Of a stretch of DNA of 64,000 nt, positions 36,093-47,973 are shown one piece after another. Location of the stretch: contig JBLDXI010000058.1 of NCBI GenBank assembly GCA_047495785.1, forward strand, positions 186,001 through 250,000. The letters are read 5' to 3'. This DNA is from Lepidodermella squamata. Lineage: Eukaryota; Animalia; Gastrotricha. Within the stretch, counting starts at the first letter, position 1. Every line of letters begins with the position of its first letter. Below the pieces are notes generated by a model. The model saw nothing but the letters and a program-made list of their open reading frames with translations. It searched no databases and was not told the DNA's origin. The position numbers and the translations under genes are program-made.

Positions 36093-36484
36093 TCAAGGCT
36101 TGGTGGCCTCCTGGAGGTACGCGATCAAATCAGCGCGCTCTTGGGGCTTCTTCAGACCAGCGAAAACCATCTTGGTGCCAGGGATGTACTTCTTCGGGTC
36201 TTCGAGGTATTGGAACAGCGTATCCTTGCCCCAGGTGATTCCCTTAGCCTTGTTGGCGTCGGTGTACGAGTAACCAGCAGCTTGGCCAGTCTTGCGACCG
36301 AAGAGACCATTCTAAATCAGAAGAATTTACAGCTATATTAAAGTTTCAAAGTAAGGAATAAGCAATTTACAAGGTTGGGGCCAGTCGAGTGCTTGCCGCC
36401 CTTCTCAACGGTGTGGCACTGGGCGCAACGTTGAACAAAGACCTTCTTGCCCTTGACGGCATCGCCAGCAGGAACTTCGGCCAT
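36093..36484 (-). CDS. CYCS: Canonical cytochrome c
   Basis: Exons 36484-36371 and 36311-36093 give [111 protein letters not shown] 5'UTR intron at about 36513-36952 is likely. Confidence 0.97.
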
Positions 36485-37207
36485 ATTGACTGTGAATTTA
36501 AAGAATTAAGTCCTAAAAATGAAAAAAGCCATGAGTTACATGAAGAATTCACTTTCTCGCAATATTTTTGTTTTAAATTAAAAGTACAAAAAGAACATCG
36601 CAACAATCAATCATAGTTCATCAGTTGATAAGATAGGAGTAATAAAATTGGAGCAACTTCAAGCAAAAAATGTACACAAATCGATCATTGTTGGATTAAT
36701 CAGCAATAGACTAAAGCTAAAAAAAATGAAAAATGTTGGCGTTAACTGCAAGCATTTTTGATGGTATATTTTGATCAATTATCAACAGCGCAACTATGGC
36801 ACCGTAGCTGTTGAAAGATCCCGCTTTTTCTGATTTTTTTTCAAATTTTCTCATCCGCACCATCAACAACAAAAAATTGAACGCAAGACAAAATTTCAGC
36901 CAATTATTTGCATCCGTGATTCATGAGGCAAGCGCTCGATCCTAACATTTACCGTGTCTGAGTGCGAGTGGCATGCAGATAACATTTATGTACACGAAAA
37001 GAATGAATGAATAAGAATTGAGCCAGTCAAGTAATCTTCAACGTGAAAACGCACAAGAATGACTGATACGCGACTCGTCATTTTAAATGACACGCCATGG
37101 ACGCGAGTTGGAGAGAGAGTTCGGCTGTAAACACTAGCACCAAGTGTTATAGATGGCTATACAATAAGACATGAGGGATTTCGAGATAATTTCAAAAATT
37201 CGTCGTT

Positions 37208-40026
37208 TCAATTTTTCACAGGATTGTAGAGAGGATTCTTGTGACTGGTAGTCGCGCTTCGATACATCGGGTTCGCGCCAGTTTGTCGCATGTCTTGACG
37301 TTGTTCGTCTTCCGTAAATCGCGCGTATTCTCGCCGGTCCTGGATCGTTACAACCAGCTTCCAAATGAGCACAGCCAGTAAAGAGGCGAAAACAATGCTA
37401 CCCACGATACCGCCGGCAATGGCCGCAATAGGCGCGGGTTCAGGGCATAGATACTTCGGGTAGACACGGAAGTGGAGCGACTGGTTAGTGACAGGATTCG
37501 GCGGTTGAGCATACCAATACCAGAACTGAACAACACAACCCTGCTGATCAGCAGTCGGGTAATTGCACTCGCGAGCATCTGACGGCAGCGGATCATCAGC
37601 ACCGTTTTCACCGGCAACCTCTGTCATCAAAATTAAAAGTTTTAAGTAGAAATAAAATATTATTTTAAGCTTACGGATATGGCTACACTTCGCATCGCAT
37701 TCTTCCGCAGTTATGTTGCCGAGAGGGCCCCAAGCGAACCGCGCCCGACAAAGAGCACAGTCGCGGTTAGGAAGACAGTGACTAGCGCAAGATGGGCAGT
37801 CGTTGCAGGTATCGCCGAGATAACCCGCATCGCAAAGGCATTTACCACAGACACATCGACCGTGTCCCGAACACGGTAAAGGCTCTTCATCGGTTGGACC
37901 GACACCGTTGTTGAAACACTTGCTCGTGGTGTTCAGGCAGGAGCAGTCGTGGCGCGTGTAACCCGGGTTGCAGATACACCGGCCGCACTTGCAAATACCA
38001 TTTCCACTGCATAATTCACCCTCGGTACGGTCGCAATCTTGGTCGTCGCACTCGCAGTACGCGCCCGAAAAACGAGCCGAGTCGCATTGACATTCGCCGC
38101 AAACGCAGTCGCCTCGTCCACTGCAGACTGGCTCCGTGACATCAGACGCTTCGGCATCGGGATTTCGGCACTTCTCCAAAAACAGACTAGCAGAGGCACC
38201 GGTACAGTTACACGATTTCCCCGAGTACTCCTTGTCGCAATAGCAAACTCCGCACTGCTTCACACCATGCATCGAACACTCAGCGTCTCTTTTCTTGGTA
38301 GCGCCTTCATTATCCGGGCTTTCGCACTTGCAGTTGCAAATAACGGAATAATCGATGCGTAGCCCGTCAGCAAAACCAATCGGAGAAACATGAACAGTGC
38401 CACTTGGCGCAACTTTGCAGAGATTTGCGTCCGCCTTCAGCGTCAATTTAAATGCGACAGTCTGTCCGAATGCGACGCCAGTGCAGTTGGAACGACCCGT
38501 CTCGAATTTCGGCTTACCAGGGCAACGCGCGTCGACTCGCAGGGTAATACCAGTAGGAACTTGGGTGCTCAAGATCACTTCAGAAGATATTTTGTTGTAA
38601 TTATCACGGATAAGGGCAATGATATTCGATGAATCCGAGCTCAGGACACCAACAGCTGAGCCTTCGATCAGTGAACTCAGCTCCCGGTAAACAGCTAACT
38701 CACTCGTGGCCGTGGCGAAAATCAAATTTACGTTGTTAGATAACGCAGCTGCGCGAACTTGACCAATGCTTGGGTAGTCGAAGGGATCGTCGCCAGGTAA
38801 TTCGTTGCCTATCATCCTGCATTCACCAGTATTAGGCTCGACTAGACCGCCTAATCTGCCATCGCCAGCGAAATGAAAATTGGCATCTGATGAATAGACG
38901 ATGAGTTTGCGAGACACGTTACGCCAGCCAATTTGTTCCTTGCACTTGATCGCTTGGAGAATGGCCTCAAGACCAGATTCTGGCTTGTCGGTATTACCAG
39001 TAACTTGAGTGTCGCGGACAATAGACCCGAAGGTATTGACGTCCTCGGTCAAAGTCATCTTATTTTTGAAGTTGAATGGAGGATCGCATTTTTCACTAAT
39101 GCCAGCGCAAGGATTGGAGCGCATTTCAGCCGTATCGACAATAAATGGAGAAATAGTTTTGTCGCTAAAACCACCGAATCCAAGGCGGAAATTTCCCGTT
39201 ATTTTCCCCTGCTTGAAAATGTCGGCTTGAATAAAAATTTACTAATCATAACACAATCGGCTTGAATCGAATAAAAATCTCACCAATTTCGGTCCCCATT
39301 TTAGCAACCGTATCTTTATCATCTTTCATTGATGCGGATAAATCCATGCTATAGTATCGAAATGGTGATTATTTGTTGATAACATGATCAATTTCAAGAC
39401 TTACAGGTAATACAGGTCGACAGGGTAGTCCTTGGCGGCTTTGAATTGTAGAGGTATTTCAACTTCTTCTCCAATTCTCAGCTGCAGAGATACGTGTTGA
39501 GGTTTGAGCTGAATGGCTTCGATGTTGCTCTGTACATTAGTTGGATGGTCTCTAAACGGATCGTCCTATTCATCAGTTACAAATATTAGAAATGGAAGAT
39601 GGCGTTGAAGTTTGAGTCACCTTAACAACATCTTTTTGCAGTTTCGGAGCTTCCAGAGAGTTCTCAGGACATATGCGGTTTAGCTTGTCAAAATGGTCGC
39701 ATCGGTGAGATACGTTCATAGACTGGAAATGGATAATTTTGTAAAACGTCGGGCAGGTTTGCAACCAATAAGCATACCAAACTGTTACACCAGGCACAAA
39801 TTGGCGATGCTCTGAGACACGCCCCACATGTCGACTTGTCTGTGCATGGATTATTGACGTCAGGCTGGGTCAGCCGCTCGAAGACGGCGCCTAAGTTGCA
39901 AATGAAAGCTATGAAATGAAGGATTCGATGGAATGCCTTACTTTGAGCATCTTCGGTGAATTCTGCAAAAGAGCGTGAGAATAATGAACAAGATAATGTG
40001 AAAGCCAAGATCACTGGAAGCCACAT
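37208..40026 (-). CDS. Integrin beta subunit (beta1/betaPS-like)
   Basis: Signal peptide MWLPVILAF, PSI domain, MIDAS DLYYLMDLSASMKDD, RLGFGGFSDK, PESGLEAILQ, FHFAGDGRLGG, DYPSIGQ, Cys-rich EGF repeats, TM, and tail WKL...DRREYARF...NPMY...NPLY. Confidence 0.96.
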
Positions 40027-40864
40027 TTCCCGAGCAACCAATCTATACAAAAGTATTCCAAAATAAAGTTCCTGAGATGCAAAGATATTGAAGAGTCAGT
40101 AACCCAAGACGCCTACGCACACTAAATGAATAAGCTCATATGCAGCTTTCAACAAAATCATTTGAAAGCAGATCAAGAATCACAGGTGTAAAGTATTGAG
40201 TAATGGTATAAAATCCCGAGATAACGAGAAAAAATTGCATTCTGCCATACCACACACGAAAGACGCATTGTAACATTGACATGAGACTTGAACGCTTCTT
40301 AGCGTTAAATCGTAAAAAGTATCATTCTATCGATCATGGCCTTTCAAACAAGGCATGAGATTTCGGCTTCCAGGCCAATATAGTGGACTGAATATATCAG
40401 TTAGATGCTCTTAGCTCTTAGTAATGATAATGAATAATGAAACGTTCATTCATGACGTTTACTTGCCTGCGGTCTTCGTTACAATCATCATTCGAAAAAA
40501 ATGTGAACTAGAACATAGACACACGGAGAAACGCGCGAGGTGTCTAATCCGTGACCTTCAAAATCGAAATCTTTCGATTTAATGCCATATAGTTTTTCTG
40601 ATATTATTATATATCACCAGGGATTAAAAACGAAAACACAGAAGTGAATCAAGGAAGAAAAGAAAAAAGTTTTTTTGTTTCCTTGCCCGGCACTTTCTTC
40701 GTATCCCGGTTCGTAGCCGCCAGCCGCCCACTCAGTTCACGCTCCACGGACGTCTACTGTTACTCTCTACTGCCATTCTTCCTTTCATCTCTTCTATTCT
40801 TTACCATGAATTGTCTAATTAACTCCGAATTAAACCGAATCGCCAAACAAAGCGTCACATCTAA

Positions 40865-42020
40865 TTAATTGATGATGAACAGAGTTCTACCCATTTTGCG
40901 TCCCGATTTCGCAAAATATTTGTCAGCATGCGAGATGCCACTTGTTCTGGATTGATCGACCATAGTCTGATTCCTAAGTTTTTCGCGTTTGTTTTGTGGC
41001 TCATGGCTCAGGACCTCGTATCTTTGCTGAACGACGGCCTTTACAGTTTTGCTGTCAACAGTTGATTTCAAAAGGCCCGAGAAGTTTATCTTAGCTAATT
41101 CTTTCTCCACGCGGTTGACCTTGTTCTCATCGTTGGTTTCATGAATCTTGTGTTTCGTAGGCTGCGTGCAATAGCCAATAGCGTGCCAATTTTTGCTTCT
41201 CTCATGCGCCGATAATAACGTATTGCCGCAATGCGCCTTTCGTTACGGCCTGGCATCCAAATCTCTCCAGCAGAAGGCGGTGGTTCGAGCAGGTCGGTAA
41301 GTTGAAAGCCCTCTTGATCACACGCCAAGCTATCGGTTCAATTTGGCGATCTAGGCCCCAGAGCTCCGCGCCGTTAAGACCCGTTGCCAATACCATACCG
41401 TGATACAACGTCCGAATTTCATCAATGGGTCGCTTATGAAAATCATCAAATATTTTCGGTAACCTGCCGGCAGTTTGTGTAATTAGTTACTGGTTCATAG
41501 ATTTAACGAGCATGATAGCCAAGTTTGGAAGCTCTACGAAAGAAAAGAAAAAGTGCAGAGTGCCATTATATATTCGGAGCCGTTTCAGAAGTCGGAGGTT
41601 CGACTGATCCGACTGATTCTTGGCGTTTTCAGCCAGACACAGTGGAAAATCAGCAATCTATAGAGTATAGAGTATCGGGTCGAGTCTCTCTACATGATAT
41701 CTACGATGCGAGCCAGATCGACTTTCTTACTCTCATTTCAGCCTTAACATGGCTTTACAATGTTTATAATATATCGACGAAATATTTTGATATCTCTCCA
41801 TGTGACTGAAGTAGAAAGGCAGTGTGAAGCCTAGACAGCCGTTTAGGAGCGGAATCGATCTTCAGCAAGAACTTTAAAGGTTACGCACCCTTTTTGTCAT
41901 CGAAATTTCAGAATAGACGAGTAATTTTGTAAATAACTGATATTAGCGATAACGGGCGGTAGTTTTCAGGTTTGGATGAGCCGCCCTGTTTAAAGCGAGC
42001 AGAAATAGGTGCCAAGGTTA
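40865..42020 (-). mobile_element. Degenerate non-LTR retrotransposon (LINE) RT fragment
   Basis: FKQGGSSKPENYRPLSLISVIYKI is the RT-proximal NYRPISL motif. LYHGMV...NGAELWG...IKRAFNLP...LLERFG resembles the post-RT region. Many stops and frameshifts. Confidence 0.75.
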
Positions 42021-42296
42021 AATTCGAACCTCTCGAGACCAGTGAGCTTAGCTCGAACCGTGAGCTAAATATTGCTGACCTTGGTGAGTACCACGCCAGA
42101 AAATAATTAGAAGATCTGATACAATTTGATATTTTTTGTATCATTAAGATCTTACATTGTAGACCGTCCACGGTCTACGACGTAGGACTCTGCTTACACC
42201 TATATTTTTATTCTTAGGTTATTACAAAATCTTGAAAGGAACCTTCGGCACAAGCGCAGATGCTTGATTTGATGGAGTGGAAAGTTTCGCAGCAAA

Positions 42297-43865
42297 ATGC
42301 TTAATCTTTCAGTTTATGACTCATTTCTTAGCTGCCCTCCCTCGTTTCTCGATAGCGGCGGGACAGCTATCGATGAAATGTCCGTTGCGGTCGCCATGCT
42401 CGCGATCCCTATTGGAATCGTGATTGCAGTTTGTGGCCTACGGCTGAATAGAATAACGTTTTTTCTTTGTGGATTTATTTCCGGAACGCTTGTAACGTTC
42501 AGTATTGTCCGCGATCAAATCGACACAATGCAATTGCCCTTTGAAGGTGCGCTAGGCGTCGCTGCGGCTGGCGGGCTAGTTCTAGGTCTGCTCAGCCTGG
42601 GCGTTCAGGTTCTCGGCCTATTCGTTGTTGGAATGAACGCTGCTTTCCTAATTGCTGCTGTTACGATTGGCGTTGTCGCTCATTTTCTTACATTGGAAGA
42701 GCGATTATCCAGACCGAACAACGGAAACGCCATCATGTTCTCATCACCATTCCCGAGGTGGCTCCCGATCGGCTGCATTATTTTAGCGTGTTTACTTGGT
42801 GGCCTTGTTAGTCTGCTGCGTCCAAAGCACTTACTCGTGATCGGATCGTCAATAATTGGAAGTGCTGTTATCATGCTCACTTTTGGATATTTCTTGGAAA
42901 TAAAAAACCCTGGGCGACCGGCAAGATTCGTCGCGGCTGCCATTATTGGCACGCGTTATATGCAAACGCATTACGGACGTTATCTATTCGGATATGTGCC
43001 GAGTCAACCAACTGAAGATGGTGAAAGCGGTATATCGCCTATTGCCGAGCAATTTAGTCTCCATTCAAAGACCCATCGCGAATTGACGACCACGGTGACA
43101 GTACCACCGCCAACTCCTGAGAGAGACGAAGCTGTGCCAACTTTTCTCTGCTGGTCGGATTTTGTTCTACTCGCTTGCTGGCTTCTACTTAGCTCATTCT
43201 GTGCCATAATCCAGTTCAGCTGTTCGTTTTCTCACAACAAGCACCGGCGCAAACGTTCATCGCGCCGTAAGTCTAACCTTGGCCAATCGAGGAAGATTTC
43301 GTCGAGCAAAACCAAAGTTGCTGATCCGAAAAAGCAGTCATCGCGTCGAACGAGTGAAGTGCGAGAGATTAGGGAAGAACAACCAACACGGCGACAGCAA
43401 CAGCAACAGCAACATCATGCCGTAGAAAATAACGATCTCCCTCCTTATTCTCAAGCTGCGCAAGCCGCGGCTAGGCAAAGCTCTGCAAACGTCAACTCAT
43501 GGTACGCAAGGCACTTTGAAGCAGATGCTAACAATCAAAATCAACTGAGGTAATTTTTTTAATGTTCGATTTGTGGTTTTCCTTAGCTATTTCCTACTAG
43601 TGATGATCCTGTTGTCGCGAGATGGATGGCGATGATGCACCGACAAACTGTGGCCGACGTATCGTTGGCGCCTAATGGAGCCCCAATCACTCCTAGCTAC
43701 AAGCCACAGCAACAACCTGCTAGCCAAGAAAGCCCGGGCGGCGCCAGCAACCACTTGATGCGCATGCGAATGCGCGGCGACGTTCTATCGCACGATTTCA
43801 TTAGCAACTGTGTTGCCCCGCGGCCCCTAGTCAATTTAGAGCCGGAGTCCTTGAGTCACTGCTAG
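42297..43865 (+). CDS. TMEM198: TMEM198/DUF4203-family multi-pass membrane protein
   Basis: Exons 42297-43549 and 43601-43865. An alternative start at 42260 with a 55-nt intron is possible. About 7 TM segments. Motifs G.R..RITFFLCGF, SSIIGSA..MLTFGYFLE, LCW, IIQ, C-terminal GDVLS. Confidence 0.78.
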
Positions 43866-45094
43866 CGGAGACGCCGGCGTGTTGTGAGAGCGTGTTACTA
43901 AGTCACTTTTTGTTGTTGTGCTTCTAGTCGAGTTGCTTTACATACTTGACCTCTTCTTGTTTTGTTCACCGTGTCCCTTGTGACTAGCGACGCATTTTTA
44001 AGCTTGTGAATTCCGTTTGTTCGACTAGAGCTTTGATGCCTGGCTGTGATTTTCTCGTTTTGTTCGCAGTCCCATGATGAATTTCGGCGTTTTGTCTCAC
44101 TGAACTCTATCAATAAGTTTCCAGCCTTGTTCAAAACAATCCAGAAACCTTGCCAAAAACCAAATTTGCTCATTCTTCATCTTCGATCAAGTTTTACCAC
44201 ACAACTCCTTTGCCTTTTTGGATGATATAACCTGCCTGCCTGCGAATATTACAATGTGCTCGACCTTATGCACAATTTTTTCAACGGATTATTTCAACAC
44301 TGGCGACCATTATTTGTTGCATTCGCTCCTATTTGTCTCACAATCATTGTTCAAGAGACCTTGAATGAAGAATTCATATTATTGTTCATACGCCGTTTTA
44401 TTTTTTTGCGGTTGGTTGTCAGATTCTGCGTGGATGAATTTCTGGCTATATTATTCAAAAATTACTCCTATTTGTGTGCATAAGAATTCTTGGATATAGT
44501 TCTTGGTTTCTATTATTCGTTCTTTTCTATTGAGATAATCAAATAAACCAAAATTTTCGAAAAACATGCTTTTACTTGCAAATATCCGCAGTGCATTTCT
44601 GGTCGTAACTGGACTCGATCAAAATCATGTGATTTAATTACTGCATCAATCTCGCACTGATACGAGTTGGCTAGCTGCGAAGAGTCTGCCGGCCAAAATT
44701 TCAGATGCTTCGACGAGATAGCTCTTGAGAATTGAAAAATGATCGACACTTATTTTGCGATATACCTATACCTAATTCTGGCACATGCTTTGTCAAATTA
44801 GGAGTTTCAAAAAAACAGATCAGAATGAAAAGAGGCTTCTACAGGGCGAATTGCCAGCTGCTTCATCAACTTGCGAAAACAGTGTCAAGTCAGATATTTT
44901 GCGAGATTTATTAAAAACCACCCGAGTGATGAAGCTATAACAACATTGTCTTGTATATCACAGAATATATTAATTCAAAAAGCATTCGAGTTCAGATGCT
45001 AAAACAAATCGAGGTGCGGCGCACTCTCGCTTGAAGGCGGCAATACACAGCAGTAAAACTCAGAAAGACAACGCAGCTTGGCAATGTCGACTTC

Positions 45095-46557
45095 TCACAG
45101 CTCGTCGTTGTCATGTAGTGTTTCGGCCGGGTCGCAAAGCCGCCGCCCGGGCCCCAGCAGTTCTGCCGCCTTTTCGAGCATTTCTTCAAGCGATAACCGC
45201 CCATCCGAGTCCACATCCGCAAGTTTAATGATATCCTCAGCCTCGTGTTGCGCATGCTGCTCATTTTGCGGGTTTAAAAACTGGGCGATTTCCTCCTCAG
45301 ACAAGAAACCATCAGCATTAACATCAGAAAGTGCAAATTGATGCTTCCGCTCAGCTAACAGATCGTTCGTGTATTGCATAACACTACCGGGTCCTTTCGC
45401 ACGAATTTCCTCAGGCAACCTGCAAAATCATCGTTGAATTTAAACCAGATCAATCAATATATAACAAGTATTACTTGTCAGTGTGAGCTTCAAACTCCCA
45501 GGCAGCAATTTTACCATCTCGATCTGTCACAAAAGCAAAAGGTAAAAACTAAACCAGCTTAATAAGCGACGGCTTACCTAGGTCAAATGAAGCCATGAGC
45601 TGTTTCGATAAAGCGTCCAGTTGGCCCGGGTGTTGCTCGGGGTGGTGGAAGCTGGAGAATTCGGAGAGAGTCAGTTTGTCGTCGCCATTCTCATCGGCTC
45701 GCATCCAACGCAGTCTGAGGGCAGCTAAATGGTCTTCATGTCCATGGCCTTCACCATGGTCGTGACCATGGCCCTCTTTCTCACCATGAGCAGCATTTAC
45801 CCTTTCATTCGCCTTTTTCAAAGACACAGTTTCATCCTTGTTTCCACCAGCCAAAACAGCCTTCAAATGCGCACTTTCGTACTCGGCCCATTCCAGTTTG
45901 TGGTCGCCGTTGACATCAAGCCGCTTAAATTCAGTCTCGCCTTCAGCTTGGGCGGCCGTCATGTGACGACGGACGTTAGACAGGAACCAATGCGTCAACT
46001 CTTTGACATCAGCATAACCATCGGTGTCGTTATCTATACGAGCGAAAATGCTCCGCAGCAGGTTTTTCTGCTCATCGGGCGAATCATGCGACGTCAAATG
46101 TTCCGGACCAAGCAGAATTTCGGCCTAAGAATCATCAATAAAATATCATGGAGAATATAATTTACTAGCTCACCTTGTAGCCAGTGTTCAGAGTACCATC
46201 ACCTTCTATAGGGACGGCTGGTAAATGATTCGGATCAGCTTTTTCGATAGGGTCTTCTTCTGGTAGCTGCTGGTCAGACGGGGCGGAGGTTGTAGTTGAA
46301 GTCACACTCTCGCTCGGGTCTTCAGGAGCCGAGGAAGAGGCAACTTTAGAACCGAACATTTTATCTGCTTTTTCCTTGTCTTCTTCTGCAATTCGTGCCC
46401 AGTCTTGAGGATCCGCTCGTTTTGGGTCAGTCGTGTACTTGACAACAACTGTTGACCGGAAAAATTTACTGTAGTCATCCTCGTTAACTTCTCTATGAGG
46501 CAACGGAATCGCCGACGCAACACCAATAAATACAGCGAGGATCAAGTAATTCACCAT
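45095..46557 (-). CDS. SDF4: 45-kDa calcium-binding protein Cab45 (CREC-family EF-hand protein)
   Basis: Exons approx 46557-46173, 46123-45579, 45524-45476, 45419-45095. Signal peptide, PNHLPAVPIEGDGTLN, multiple EF-hands, F.HPE, C-terminal LHDNDEL. Confidence 0.85.
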
Positions 46558-46640
46558 GGGTAAATAAATTATAAAATCTAAATCGAATAACATGCAGGAT
46601 TAAGAATTCATGATGATGAGGAATTTCTTCGAATTATTGA

Positions 46641-47973
46641 TCAAACGGCGTGGCTGGCCGTGGCTTTTGCTGAATCAACCCTAAGGCGATCGCAAGCGGT
46701 TTGGAAAGAAAGTTTTAGCTCGCTGAACTGCTGAGCTGATAGCAAACTTTCTAGAGAGGGTAGAACGCTCTGTAATGCGGATTCGGCAGCTGAAAGATCA
46801 TTTTCATCGATTTCTGGGATATTTTTCGAGAAAATTTCGGCATTGACATCTCCACATAAGCGAAGTACGCGAGAAGCATCGACCAGTCTAGAAAAACGAT
46901 ATTAGCTAGCTGTCATGAAACAACTTCAACAAACCTGTCCAAAGAAAACAAGTAGGATAGCAGGTTTGACAAGCGTAGTGAGCCTTCGGCATGCGAAGCT
47001 TTACCAATGAAAGGCGACACACAATAAAAAATCAAGTTGCCGAAAAACGGGGATGCATCCAGACAGTCAAAGCGACGATTGATAATCAGATGGTCGAAAA
47101 TGGATTGCGTGAGCTAAGGGAATAATGATATCGTGAGGAATGCGGGTAATTTGCAATTTAATCATACCTTGATAAATTCTGGATCGTCTGGTTCAAATTG
47201 AATACAAGCACGCTTGAGCAAGTACAAATATTGCGATCGCTCAAGGAGAACCTAAATCATATTAAATCTGATGTTCAGATATTCCTTGAACTTCAAGTAT
47301 GAAAACCTGCAAATGCTGATCGTCATTCTTAAACATTGCTGGGGTTTTGATTGAACGACCAGGTTGCTTCTGAGGAAAGAACATGTTTGTGAAACGCGAA
47401 TGCTCTTCTTGAGATGCGCTTCTCAATTCTCCATTAGGCTCACGCACAGTTACCAAATTCGTCTAAAATAGAGGTCCGCTTATTGATATCAAATTAATCA
47501 TTCAGCATTTTATTACCTGGCCTGCCTTGGTTTCAGACAAATCGACAAAAACGTGGCGATTCGAAGTCAATCCCAAAAGATCGGGATCATTTTGAAGCTG
47601 AGTGTTCGGAGGCGGGTTAATGGCGCGAGGCAGTTTAACAGGAAAAGGTTGCATTCGACTTAATGCCAAGTCGAGTGATTGATTAACTTTCTAAGCATAA
47701 AAACTAACAGATTGGGAGCGAACGAGTGATGAATGATATTCTCACCTCGGTGTACTCCGCTTCGGTCATCAATGACAACTTTGAACGACTTCTTTTAGTT
47801 GTTTGAGCAGCAAAAACGACGTCAGTTCGCTTTTTCACACTAGAAGCAGCGATAGTACTCAATATACGCTGTACGTCAGGATTGATGAATGCATCCTCGA
47901 TCGATCGAAAAGACGATCCCCATCTAATGAAAGCGGTTTGAAAATAACATGGCGATCTTCTCAGCAACGCCAT
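46641..47973 (-). CDS. MRPS22: Mitochondrial ribosomal protein mS22
   Basis: Six exons. Arg-rich presequence, F..PDVQRIL, VFVDLS, VTVREPNGELRSAS.EE, ACIQFEPDDPEFI, FDCL..SPFFG. The last exon is 46887-46641. Confidence 0.88.

Noticed and set aside
37621-37674. Hydrophobic in-frame insert in the integrin ORF (similar cases at 25241-25297, 63149-63199, 63428-63484)
   Set aside because: These are ordinary GT-AG introns of 51-57 nt that happen to be 3n and stop-free. Several such cases are expected among this many tiny introns, and there is no evidence of retention.
42260-42304. Apparent overlapping uORF at TMEM198
   Set aside because: Equally explained as the true first coding exon spliced through a 55-nt intron (42277-42331). 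Cannot be resolved from sequence.
43898-44914. Short ORFs between TMEM198 and SDF4
   Set aside because: No consistent spliced frame or recognisable motif on either strand.
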